Assembly: GCA_051313645.2 (NCBI GenBank)
Contig: JBNRSN020000012.1
Span: 30,132,001-30,196,000, forward strand
DNA: 64,000 nt
Reading direction: 5' to 3'
Origin: Centroscyllium fabricii
Taxonomy: Eukaryota
The translations under genes were made by a program, and so were the position numbers. This document shows positions 11,947 to 24,277 of the stretch, one piece after another. The notes under the pieces are model-generated. The model saw only the letters and a list, made by a program, of their open reading frames with translations. It did not search any database and had not been told where the DNA came from. How positions within the stretch are numbered: position 1 is the first letter of the stretch; every line of letters starts with the position of its first letter.

Positions 11947-13480
11947 TCTTTTTTATTATTTGTTGATGGGATGTGGGCGTCGCTGACAAGGCCAGCATTT
12001 ATTGCCCATCCCTAATCGCCCTTGAGAATGTGGTGGTGAGCTGCCTTCTTGAACCGCTGAAGTCCGCGTTGTGAAGGTATTCCCCACAGTGCTGTTAGGG
12101 AGGGAGTTCCAGGATTTTGACCCAACGACGATGAAGGAGCGGCGATATACTTCCAAGTCAGGATGGTGTGTGACTTGGAGGGGAACTTGGAGGTGTTGAT
12201 GTTCCCATGCGCCTGCTGCCCTTGTCCTTCTAGGTGGTAGGGGATGTGCTGTTGCAGAAGCCTTGGCGAGTTGCTGCTGTGCATCCTGTAGATGATACAC
12301 ACTGCAGCCATGGTGTGCCGGTGGTGGAGGGAGTGAATGTTGAAGGTGGTGGATGGTGTGCCAATCAAGCAGACTGTTTTGTCTTGGATGGTGTCGAGCT
12401 TCTTGAGTGCTGTTGGAACTGCACTCATCCAAGCAAGCGGAGAGTATTCCATCACACTCCTGACTTGTGGCTTGTAGATGGTGGAAAGACTTTGGGGAGT
12501 CAGGAGGTGAGACACTCGCCAGAGAATACCCAGCCTCTGACCTGCTCTTGTAGCCACAGTATTTATATGGCTGGTCCAGTTAAGTTTCTGGTTAATGGTG
12601 ACCATCAGGATGCTGATGATGGGGCATTTGGCGATGGTAATGCCTTTGAATGTCAAGGGGTGGCGGTTAGATGCTCTCTTGTTGGAGATGGTCATTGCCT
12701 GGCACTTGTATGGCGCGAATGTTACTTGCCAATTATCAACCCAAGCCTCAATATCATCCAGGTCTTGCTGCATGCAGGTATAGACTGCTTCATTATCTGA
12801 GTTGTTGCGAATGGAACTGAACACTGTGCACTCTTCAGCGAACATCCCCACTTCTGACCTTATGATGGAAAGAAGGTCATTGATGAAGCAGCTGAAGATG
12901 GTTAGGCCTTGGACACTGCCCTGAGGAACTCCTGTAGCGATGTCCTGGGGCTGAGATGATTGGCCTCCAACAACCTCAAACATCGTCCTTTTTGCTAGGT
13001 ATGACTCCAGCTAGTGGAGAGTTTCCCCTCATTCCCATTGACTTTAACTTTACTAAGGTACCTTAATGCCACACCCGGTCAAATGTTGCCTTGATGTCAA
13101 GGGCAGTCACTCTCACCTCACCTCTGTAATTCAATTCTTTTGTCTATGTTGGACCAAGACTGTAATGAGGTCTGGGGCCAAGTGGTTCTGGTGGAACCCA
13201 AACTGAGCATCAGTGAGCAGGTTATTGGCGAGTAAATGCTGCTTGATAGCATTATCGACAACACCTTCTATCACTTTGCTGATGATTGTGAGTAGACTGA
13301 TGGGGCTGTAATTGGCCGGATTGGATTTGTCCTGCTTTTTGTGGACAGGACATGCCTGGGCAGTTTTCCACATTGTTGGGTAGATGCCAGTGTTGTAGCT
13401 GTACTAGAACAGCTTGGCTACAAGCGCGGATAGTTCTGGAGCACCAGCCTTTAGCACGACAGCCGGGACAACGGACGGTA
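11947..13480 (-). mobile_element. CR1-group LINE, 5'-truncated RT region
   Basis: PVHKKQDKSNPANYSPISLL, QFGF, GVPQGSV, degenerate FAEE (FADD), YSPLAW. Confidence 0.85.
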
Positions 13481-13732
13481 GGTGCTCAAAACCCTCCTCT
13501 CCAGGAGGGATATAAATATAGACTTGGGCATTCATCGCCCCATTGCTGTGCAGCAAGGTGCTCTCCAGCTCCTTGCTCGCAGGGAAGTGCTGGTGGCCCA
13601 TGACACAGGTGATGTTGAGAGGGGACATGGAAGTGGGGGCTCTTCTCAAAACGCTCCCACTTCTCCCCCATTTCCCACCCTCAGTCAGAGCCCCACATGC
13701 TGCCTCGGATCCCGGTGGCCGAGTCTGCCCTG

Positions 13733-14032
13733 TGTGATAAACCACTGTTTCTCATTGTTCTTGTTGTATATACTTACTCTGCCTGTATTGATGTAATCGT
13801 ACCTAATACCATGTTGTATATAAACCTGTGACACGATTACCGGGACATACCCAGGTTGGCTCCGCCCATGACTCCTCCCTCCCAGGAGGGGGTATATAAG
13901 TGGCTGCCTCCCATCCCCCGGGCATACCTGGGGACAGTCGACTAGCTGGTGTATGTCCCACCATTTAGTTAATAAAAGCCGCATTGTTTCTCTTTCTAAC
14001 TACTCGTCCACGAGGTCGTTATTTCGGTCACA
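13733..14032 (+). repeat. 5' LTR of element 1
   Basis: Direct repeat of 18094-18393; TATATAA near 13893, AATAAA at 13971. Confidence 0.95.
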
Positions 14033-14055
14033 ATTTTATTAACTAAATTTTGAAG

Positions 14056-17000
14056 ATGGAAGCCATGCTCAAGCCAGCGACGTTTGAACTGGACCCCCGA
14101 ACACCAGGTGCATCAAACACCTTTACACACTGGTACAGTGTTTTCGATGCGTACCTAAGAGCGAACGCAGCGGTCGTAGTGACCGAAGAGGACAAACAAC
14201 GGCTCCTCAACGCCCGGGTGGGCCCTCAGGTGTACTCCATGATCGTGGATGCATCATCCTACTTGGATGCCATCAGGATCCTCAAGGCGGAGTACAACCG
14301 GGCACCCAATATCGTCCACGCCAGACATCTCCTAGCCACCAGGAAGCAGCAACCCGGTGCGTCCAGTGTGGAATTTTTAAGAGCGCTGAGAGTGCTTTCA
14401 CGGGCCTGTGATTGCAGAACGCTAACGGCCCCGGTCCAGGCGGACAGTCTCATTAGAGATGCGTATGTGACAGGCCTCAGGTCGGACTATATAAGACAGA
14501 GGCTGTTAGAGCAGAACGGCCTTGACCTGCAGGCAACCACGGATCTGGGACACGCGCTGGACGTGGCCTCGCTAAATCTCTCATCCTACTCCGGCAACTA
14601 TACGGGCCCAGCCCCACCATCTTGGACAACGCCGGCGCAACGGCCGGCGGAAGAAATGATTGCAGCCGCTCACGCGAAGACGGCTAAATGCTACTTCTGT
14701 GGGCAGTCTCAGCATCCGAGACATAACTGCCCGGCAAGAGAAGCGGCCTGCTCGAAATGTGGAAAAAAAGGACATTACGCCAAAGTTTGTAAGGCGACCA
14801 CATCAACCACGAAACTGAAACCGGGCAGCACCGCGTGTGGAACATGGGAGCAGCCATATTGGACTCAACCATCCCCCACTCAGTTCCCCGCGTGGCAGCA
14901 GTCGCCATATTGGACCCAGCCACCCCCTCCGCAGTACACCACATGGCGGCAGCCATCTTGGGGACCAGCACCGGAGGACATCTCTTCGGATCAAGAGGAA
15001 TCGGCTGACCCAATATTGGCATCGGTGACTCTCGACCAGAACAAGGCTCAATCGCTTGGGCAATCGATGATGCCTGTAGAAGTGAACGGACAAGAAGTGG
15101 TGTGCCTTTTCGACAGTGGGAGCACGGTGAGTTTTATTCATCCCGAGACAGTAGAGTGCCTCTCCCTTAAGGTTATACCTGCGAGCCAAAGAATTTCGAT
15201 GGCTTCTAAATCAGAATCTGCGGACGTCTCCGGGCGTTGCGCAGTAGCACTAGCGGTACAGGGCGCGCACTTCGATAATTTTAGTTTTTTCGTGCTGCCG
15301 CAGCTCTGCGCCCCATTACTTTTGGGCCTGGACTTCCAGCGCCACCTCCAGAGTGTTACCATGGCGTACGGTGGGCCCCTTCCCTCGCTCACGGTCAGAA
15401 ACCGGCGCTCAGCGCAGCACCCCCGGCGCGCTACCTGTGGCCTCTCGACCCTTAAGGTCACCCCTCCCTCGCTCTTCGCCAACCTCACCCCAGACTGCAA
15501 GCCCGTCGCCACCAAGAGTAGGCGCTACAGTGCTGGGGACATGGACTTTATCAAGTCCGAGGTGCAGCGCCTCCTGAAGGAGGGGGTTATCGAGGCCAGT
15601 AATAGCCCCTGGAGGGCACAGGTAGTGGTGGTCAGAACCGAAGCGAAGAACCGGATGGTCGTTGACTACAGTCAGACCATAAACCGGTTCACCCAGTTAG
15701 ATGCCTACCCCCTTCCCCGGATAGCGGACATGGTGAACCAGATCGCACAGTTCAGGGTGTTCTCCACCATCGATCTCAAGTCCGCTTATCACCAGCTTCC
15801 CATCCGCCCAGAGGACTGTCTCTATACAGCCTTCGAGGCTGACGGTCACCTCTACCACTTCCTTAGGGTCCCGTTTGGCGTCACGAATGAGGTCTCGGTC
15901 TTCCAAAGGGAGATGGACTGAATACTCGATCGGTACGGGCTGCGAGCCACTTTCCCGTACCTCGATAACATGACCATCTGCGGCCACGACCAGCAGGACC
16001 ATGACGCCAACCTCCAGAAATTTCTCCACACTGCCAAAACACTTAATCTGACCTATAACACTGAAAAATGTGTGTTCAGTACCACCCGCCTGGCCATCCT
16101 CAGCAGTGTTGTGGAGAATGGGGTCATCGGTCCTGACCCGGACCGCATGCGCCCCCTCATGGAGCTTCCCCTCCCCCACTCCCCCAAGGCCCTTAAACGG
16201 TGCTTGGGTTTCTTTGCATATTATGCCCAGTGGGTCCCCAATTACGCGGACAAAGCTCGCTCACTGCTTAAATCAACAATTTTTCCCCTGTCCACAGAAG
16301 CCTGCTCGGCATTCTGCGGCATTAAGAATGACATCGCAAAAGCCATGATGCACGCTGTGGACGAGTCCGTCCCATTTCAGGTCGAGAGCGATGCATCGGA
16401 TTTTGCCCTGGCCGCCACCCTTAACCAGGCGGGCAGACCCGTTGCCTTCTTCTCGCGTACACTCCAGGGCCCCGAGACCCGTCACTCCTCAGTCGAGAAG
16501 GAGGCCCAGGCCATCGTTGAAGCAGTGCGTCACTGGAAGCACTACCTGGCCGGCAAGCGTTTTACCCTGTTGACTGACCAATGATCAGTCGCTTTTATGT
16601 TCAACAACAAAGAGCGGGGTAAAATCAAGAACGACAAGATATTGAGGTGGAGAATTGAACTCTCCGCGTTTAATTATGATATCTTGTACCGGCACGGGAA
16701 ATTTAACGCACCCCCAGACGCCCTACCCCGCGGTACCTGTGCCAGCGCACAGACAGACCGTCTCCAAACCTTACACAATGACCTCTGCCACCCGGGGGTC
16801 ACCAGGTTGGTTCACTTCGTGAAGTCCCGCAACCTCCCCTACTCCATCGAGGAGGTCAAGACTCTGACAAGCAACTGTCAGGTCTGCGCGGAGTGCAAGC
16901 CGCACTTATACCGGCCAGACTGGGCGCACTTGATTAAGGCCACTCGCCCCTTTGAACGACTCAGCGTCGATTTCAAAGGGCCCCTTCCCTCCTCTAACAG

Positions 17001-18038
17001 GAATGTGTACTTCCTCAACGTGATTGATGAGTACTCCCGCTTCCCCTTCGCCATCCCCTGCCCGGACATGACCTCCGCCACTGTCATCAAACCCCTCAAT
17101 AGCATCTTCTCCTGTTCGGCTACCCCAACTACATTCATAGTGACCGGGGGGCGTCCTTTATGAGTGACGAGCTGCGTCAGTTTCTGCTAGCCAAAGGCAT
17201 TGCGACTAGCAGGACTACCAGCTACAACCCCCGGGAGAACGGACAGGTAGAGAGGGAGAATGCCACTGTCTGGAAGGCCATCCTGTTAGCCCTACGGTCT
17301 AAAGGCCTCCCAGTCTCCCGATGGCAGGACGTCCTCCCCGAAGCGCTCCACTCTATCCGGTCCCTCCTGTGTACTGCCACTAATGCCACCCCTCACGAAC
17401 GACTTTTTGCCTTCCCCAGGAAGTCGACTGCCGGGACCTCGCTACCATCGTGGCTGCTATCCCCGGGACCGGTCCTACTACAGAAGCACGTGAGGGGACA
17501 CAAGGCAGATCCCCTGGTCGAACGGGTCCACCTCCTGCACGCCAACCCCCAGTACGCCTACGTGGCGTACCCCGACGGGAGGGAGGACACAGTGTCCATC
17601 AAGGACCTGGCACCAGCGGGAGTCCCCAAACCCAGCCCCGCCCAGCAGCCCGAGCACCCAAGAAGCCCCGCCCAGCAGCCCGCGCACCCAAAACGCCCAG
17701 TCACGCCACCCCAGCCACCGGCGCCGAGGTACGCTCCCCGGCACGTGGACCCAGTACCCCAGTACGCCCACCCGGCACCTGCGAGCAGCACGGCATGGCC
17801 CCCAGCATGGCGCCACTGCGCACGCCCCCTAGAGTCAGACGACGAGGGAGAGAGCGCTCCCCCTGCCGTCAGTATAAGGGCACCACCACCCAGAAACCAA
17901 CCGACGATCACCGCTCGCCAACCGGCACCAGCACCATCGCTACAACCGACTCGGCCGGGCACCCCGCGACCGCAGACACCACCAGCGGTGCGACGCTCGA
18001 CAAGGGTCACCAGACCGCCGGAGCGACTTAACTTATAA
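14056..18038 (+). pseudogene. gag-pol: Single-frame Gag-PR-RT-RNaseH-IN polyprotein, disrupted
   Basis: Two zinc knuckles (CYFC..H..C, CSKC..GH..C), protease FDSGS, RT YLDN, RNase H SDAS, IN HHCC and D,D35E; CGA>TGA stops at 15919 and 16582; frameshift near 17110. Confidence 0.9.
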
Positions 18039-18093
18039 ATAAAAGAACTGTTCCCTTCACCCCGCCGGACTTTTGTTTTAAAGAAGGTGTGAA

Positions 18094-18393
18094 TGTGATA
18101 AACCACTGTTTCTCATTGTTCTTGTTGTATATACTTACTCTGCCTGTATTGATGTAATCGTACCTAATACCATGTTGTACATAAACCTGTGACACGATTA
18201 CCGGGACATACCCAGGTTGGCTCCGCCCACGACTCCTCCCTCCCAGGAGGGGGTATATAAGTGGCTGCCTCCCATCCCCCGGCCATACCTGGGGACAGTC
18301 GACTAGCTGGTGTATGTCCCACCATTTAGTTAATAAAAGCCGCATTGTTTCTCTTTCTAGCTACTCGTCCACGAGGTCGTTATTTCGGTCACA
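18094..18393 (+). repeat. 3' LTR of element 1
   Basis: Direct repeat of 13733-14032. Confidence 0.95.
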
Positions 18394-18827
18394 CCCTGCA
18401 CAGTTGCAAAATTCAGACGACGTCCGCCAAAAGTGTCTGTGCAGTCGCAGCAGGGAAGTGAGCAGCCTTCAATACCTCTGCTGAAGCCATAGGGCTTGCA
18501 TCTTGTAGAAGCACCCGGAAGAGAAAAATGACCCAATAGTAGATGCGCACGGGTATGCTCATGGGTATATGAAAAAATGTTTGTGTTAAGTTTCTGTTAT
18601 TTTGATGCCACACATAAATGTTGTTTTTTGCACAACTTTCCCGTCTTGTCCATTTTTGCCTGCTACCTTGGAAGTGGCTTTGCCACTTGGAGTGATTGGT
18701 GACACATCACGTAAAGTCGAGCATTGGGACTTTTGGTGAGAGGAATGGCTTTTTCATTGTCGGGATGCTTTCTGGTGGGGGGAACTTAGTACAGCATGGG
18801 GCAGCCATGTGGCTGCATTGGAGCAAG

Positions 18828-20458
18828 TTAAGTAAATCTGGCCATGATGAGGACACCCCTGGCCTCCCAGGCAGCTATGTGCACCGCTGCTGGTGCCATC
18901 TCCACCTCAGATTCTTCCTTCTCCTCACCCTCCTCGCCTTCCACCTGCTCCTCCTGCTCCTCCTCCTCTGAAGAGGCTGTGCGCTCTGCGCCTTGCTCCT
19001 CCTGCAGCCCCAATCCTCACTGCTGCGGTATGTTGTGCAGCGCGCAGCAAACAACGATGATCCTGGAGACCCTGGCTGGAATGTACTGAAGGGCTCCTCC
19101 AGATCTGTCAAGGCGTCTGAACCGCATCTTCAGCATGCCTACTGCTTGCTCTATGACACATCTGGTCGACATGTGGCTCTCATTATAATAGAAACATAGA
19201 AACATAGAAACTAGGAGCAGGAGTAGGCCATTCGGCCCTTCAAGCCTGCTCCGCCATTTAATGAGATCATGGCTGATCATCCAAACCCAGTAACCCGCCC
19301 CTGCCCCCTCCCCATATCCCTCGATCCCTATCGAGCCTGCACCGACACATATCCCACCCTATCCCCGTAACCCCACATATTCAATCCCCCTAACACTAAG
19401 GGTCAATTTATCCTGGCCAATCAACCTGACCCGCACATCTTTGGACTGTGGGAGGAAACCGGAGCACCCGGAGGAAACCCAGGCAGACACGGGGAGAATG
19501 TGCAAACTCCACACAGATAGTACCCGAGGCTGGATTTGAACCCGGGTCTCCAGTGCTGTGAGACAACAGTGCTAACCACTGTGCCACCGTGCCGCCCTTG
19601 GCCTCTGTACCTGGCATCCTCAAGGGTGTCATGAGCCACGTCTTCAGTGGATAGCCCTTGTCTCCAAGCAGCCAGCCAGAAGGTGTGTTTGGCGGTGTGA
19701 TAGGCTGATGGACAGTGGACTGGCGTAGAACAAAAGAGTCATGACAGCTGCCAGGGAATCTGGCGCACACATGCATAATTATCTTTTTATAGATGCAGAC
19801 ATATTGAGGGAGTGGAAGACCTTGCAGTTCACAAACACTCCTGAGTGATGAGGGGATGCTTTGATGGCCACATATGTGCAGTCAATGACGCTCTGCACCT
19901 GGGGTACTTCAGCCAGAGCCACAAAGCCAAGCAGCCACTCAGTAACACTGGTCTCATCAGTGGCAAAGTTGATATAATTGGCTGACCTGTGAAACATGGT
20001 ATCGATCAGCTGGGTGATGCATCAGTGGGCGGCAGACTGTGAGATCCCGCAAATGTCTGCTGCAGATCCCTGGAAGGAGCCTTAGGAGAAGAAGTTGAGG
20101 GTGGTGGTTACTTTGACATTAGTAAGGAGTGTCCACCAGGTCCTCTGGGCAGCAGGCCTTGTTCCAGCAAACTACAAATGTCTGCGATGACCTGGCCCGA
20201 TAGCCTGAGCCTCCTGACGCACTGCTGCTCAGTCATGTTGAGGAAGCTCATCCTCTGCCTGTATACCCTGTTTTGGGGGTATTGCCTCCAACACGCTGCA
20301 GCCCTGTGCTGACCCCCTCTGTCTCGTGAAGCATCAGGTCCTTGAGGAGAAGGCTGCTCTTGGGGTCGCTGCTGCTGGTGTGGCTGGTGTTGTTGGTGGT
20401 GGGGCTCCTCTAGGTCCTATTCTGAGGACCAAGGTGAGACAGTATAAGTGGCACCCAT
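18828..20458 (-). pseudogene. Harbinger DDE transposase (HARBI1-like), split by a SINE
   Basis: [50 protein letters not shown] and an acidic tail; stops and frameshifts. Confidence 0.85.
19193..19596 (-). mobile_element. HE1-type V-SINE inserted in the transposase
   Basis: Reverse complement of 8808-9203. Confidence 0.85.
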
Positions 20459-20869
20459 GCTGATGTAGTAGATGGCAGGTAAGGTGGAGATCAGAGGGCC
20501 AGTCCCTCAATGTTGTGATAGTGAGTAGCAATGTGGTGAGAGTGGCTTCTGAGGTTTCAAAAATGACTGCAAGCTGCTGACACGCAAATCTGTGGACAAA
20601 ATGGAGTGAGCAAGAGCCTTTCCATGAGGGAAGTAATGAGGTGTAATGTAGGTGTTTTAATGAGCTTTTTCCAGCTGTCAATGAATGAACTAACCAATGG
20701 CCACTGAGCTTCTGCCTCCACTTCACAGGCCTAGGTACCCGACCTCCGTGAATCCCGTGCTCCTGCAGTTAAAGTCAAAAGTTGGCATTGAAAGCACTCT
20801 TAGAGGTCTCTCAACAAGCATTTAATGATTTGAATGAGGTCGCCTGTGAGGGTGCCGGTTAGTTCCCCC

Positions 20870-21150
20870 AGTAACCCCCAGATGGCACCTTCACTGATTT
20901 ATTTCCTTTTGCTAATTGTTACTTGTTTCCCCTGTTTAGTATTTAACTGCCTTTTCATCTGGGTTATTGGGTTCACCTGTTTGGGCTGGTATTTAAGTTC
21001 TGGTGTTTTCTCCCTCAGTGCTCAATCTTGTCAAGCCTTTTGCCTTCTTGTCTGAGCACCTTGGTTTGTAAACGGTGTTACTTTAGTAAAGTGTATTTTT
21101 TATGACTACTCGTCTGTCTGCACTTGGGTCCAGAACCAGCCTAATATCAG
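20870..21150 (+). mobile_element. Probable degraded solo LTR (sushi-like U5 end)
   Basis: GTAAC start, TATTTAAG, AGTAAA, CTGCACTTGGGTCC..CA end resembling the chromovirus LTR end; no clear TSD. Confidence 0.4.
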
Positions 21151-21831
21151 CAGCCTCTGCTGATCGGGTCCAAGTCACGCCTTCAAAGCTGTTCGAGTTA
21201 AATGCGTGAGGCGGCGGGTTCCCGACGTGCTTGTTAACTCCGGGATTTTTACTTCCGACTCTCCCTCGCACCCCCCAAACCCGCATGCTCGGCAATGGGA
21301 ATTTTCCAGCGGAAAAGTCTGTTTGCTTTCCAATTGGCTGGGGCAGGTGGTGTGTTGTGGGTATGAACATGTTGGCAGGTCAATGGCATATGTGTGGGGG
21401 GTGGGGAGGTTGGAGGCAGGAGGTCATGTGATGATATATCCAGGAATACGTCCAACCAGAGATGGCAACTCTCGTCTCAGCCTAGTTTCTTCTATATTCA
21501 AATTCACAACATAATGGGCGATTTTCAGAGTGCCGTGAAGGCATGTTTCTGGTGGGGTGGGGGCTTAAAATCGTGAAATTGGGGGGTCCTGACCCCTCCC
21601 GCTGGATCCCCGCCGCTTTGCAGTTTTCGGCCGGTGTGTTTAGCTGGCCTGAATCTTTCCCGCCTGCCACAGGTGGGGTTGATCGTTGTGCTCGTTAGGG
21701 GCCCTTACTTGCCATGGGTAATCACATTTTAAAGGCCCCTCGTGATTTTTGAGCCCTTCCCACCCATACCCCGCCATCTTGAAACCCCGCCGGTGAAAGC
21801 TAGCCGGATCACATTCGGCTAGGTCACTTTC

Positions 21832-22338
21832 TGTAACGGTTGTAGGTTGGGCCCAAATGCAATACACCGAAAACAGCATACGTAGAAGTAAACTCCTTTA
21901 TTTCTGAGCAGTAGAAGACATAGGTAACAGTGGGTCAATATATCGGCAGAAAGTTCACGGAGGCAACAAGTCCAAAACAGAGTTCAGGCAGAAGAGAATC
22001 CAAATACCAAAAACAGGTCAATACCGGGTAGCCCATCCACGAGAGCGACAAATCCAAAACGAGGTCAGGCAGAAGAGAATCCAAATTCCAGAAAGCAGGT
22101 CAGTATCTCGAACAGGCAGGATCAGAGAGCTAAGCACTACACACAGGTATCACAGTCAGAAAGAACAAACGATCTGGCAACCACTAGGTAGAAAGCAGGA
22201 GCTTATATACAGCTCTTGATTATCACTGGTGAATCTGGGCTGTTCAATCAGGTGCGGGCAGTAGAGCTAACGAGGTGATAACCAGTTAAAGGGGAAGAGC
22301 CAACCTATGAGTTAAAGGGGAAGAGCCAACCTATGACA
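21832..22338 (-). repeat. 3' LTR of the chromovirus
   Basis: Direct repeat of 32201-32707, adjacent to the PPT. Confidence 0.95.
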
Positions 22339-24277
22339 GAACCCCCCCCTCAAGGGACGGCTCCCGACGTCCCAAACCCCAAATGCCGGAGTCGGGTGGG
22401 CGGAGGAGGTGCGGAGGAGGGACTAATCTTCCTCGGAACCCTCATCCACCTCCATTTCATCAATAGAATGAAGGGAATTCTCCTCATCAGAGGATTGCAC
22501 CTCCTCGTCCAGGGTTTCAGGAGAATGCACGGAACTGGTCCCTTGCCCAGACTCCCCAGGGGGCGCAGTCCTCCTACTCGGCTGGTCGGGATGCCTTCTG
22601 TGGAAGTCGGCCATAAGCTGAGGATCAACAATGTGACGAGCAGGAACCCAGGACCTCTCCTCTGGACCATACCCCTCCCAGTCCACCAGGTACTGAAGTC
22701 CTCTCCCTCGGCGACGGGAGCGAAGCAGGCGGCGAACAGTGTAGACCAACCCCCCGTCGAGCATACGAGGAGGCGGAGGGGGCGTGGCAACAGGCACCAA
22801 TGTACTCTCCCGTGCTGGTTTGACCCGCGACACATGAAAAGTGGGATGAACCCGCATGGATCGAGGAAGCTTGAGTCTCACTGCCGCTGGGTTGATGACC
22901 TTCTGGATCTCGAAGGGACCGATAAACCTGGGAGCTAGCTTCTTAGACTCCACCTGGAGGGGCAGGTCCTTAGTGGAGAGCCACACCTTCTGACCAGCCT
23001 GATAGTTAGGAGCCTCCGAGTGACGACGGTTGGCAGCAGCAGAGTAGCGGTCCGCTGAGCGAAGCAATGAAGTCCGTGCCTGGGCCCATGTCCGGCGACA
23101 ACGATGAATAAATGACTGGACGGACGGACAGGAAACCTCCCTCTCCAGGTCCGGAAACAATGGGGGCTGGAACCCATAGGCGCACTGGAACTTATGGGGG
23201 CTGGAACCCATAGGAGAGTCCGGTGGCGGAACTGGTCAGGTTGTTGTGGGCGTACTCTACCCACAGGAGTAACTGGGACCAGGAAGCGGGATTCTGGGAA
23301 ACCATACATCGTAGAGCCTTCTCCATCTCCTGATTCATGCGTTCAGACTGCCCGTTGGACTGCGGATGAAAACCTGAAGACAGACTGACTGTGGCCCCGA
23401 TCAGCCTGCAGAACTCCCTCCAGAATACAGACGTAAACTGTGGACCCCGATCAGAGACTACGTCAACAGGAAGACCATGAAGACGGAAAACATGTTGCAG
23501 CATAAGTTCAGCCGTCTCCTTCGCCGAGGGCAGTTTAGGCAGAGGTATGAAATGAGCCATCTTGCTGAATCGGTCCACCACTGTCAGGATAGTGGTTAGT
23601 CCCTTGGATGGAGGCAGACCGGTAACAAAGTCCAAGGGTATGTGGGACCAAGGACGATGTGGCACTGGCAGAGGTTGCAGAAGACCAGCGGGAGCCCGAT
23701 GAGACGGCTTGTGTTGGTTGTAGACCGCGCAGGCGTTGACAAACTCCCGGGTGTCTTCTTCCAGAGTATCCCACCAGAACCTCCGCAGTATAACCTCCTT
23801 GGTCCTTTGAGCCCCCGGATGGCAGGAAAGCTTGGAAGCATGGGCCCACTGAAGAACATCAGTTCGAAGGTCCCTGGGAACGAATAGATGGTCGGGAGGA
23901 CAACCACTGGGTCCAGCCTGATTCTTCACGGCTGATCTCACCCTCTCCTCGATCTCCCACGTAACGGCAGCAATCAGACATGGAGCTGGAAGGATGAGGT
24001 CAGGTCCAGGATTGGAACTCTCCTCCTTCTGGAACTGGCGGGACAGAGCATCAGGCTTGACATTGCGAGAACCAGGCCGGTAGGAGAGGGTGAAGTTGAA
24101 ACGGGTAAAGAAGAGGGACCACCTAGCCTGCCGTAAATTCAGCCTCTTGGCTGTACGAATGTATTCGAGGTTCTTATGGTCTGTCCAGACTAGGAACGGC
24201 AGCTTGGTCCCCTCTAGCCAATGGCGCCACTCCTCCAATGCCATCTTGACTGCCAGTAACTCCCGGTTCCCGATGTC

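Larger units (their letters stand above)
13733..18393 (+). mobile_element. Full-length Ty3/Gypsy LTR retrotransposon, Mag-like (element 1)
   Basis: 300-bp LTRs 13733-14032 and 18094-18393 (TG..CA, 4 differences by eye); 5-bp TSD CCCTG; PPT AAAGAAGGTGTGAA. Confidence 0.95.
9740..21311. mobile_element. Decayed autonomous PIF/Harbinger DNA transposon
   Basis: Convergent Myb/SANT-like gene (+) and DDE transposase (-); imperfect termini GGCTGAATCTT / AATTTTCCAGCG; 3-bp TSD GAA. Confidence 0.8.
9234..21473. mobile_element. hAT-type non-autonomous element stretched to 12 kb by nested insertions
   Basis: TIR GAGGGTTGCCA / TGGCAACTCTC; 8-bp TSD GTCTCTGC / GTCTCAGC. Confidence 0.7.

Noticed and set aside
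17450-18106. Extra or env-like ORFs overlapping the integrase tail (17450-18031 +, 17558-18106 -)
   Set aside because: Alternate frames of a GC- and proline-rich region; no signal peptide or TM pattern; not kept intact in element 2
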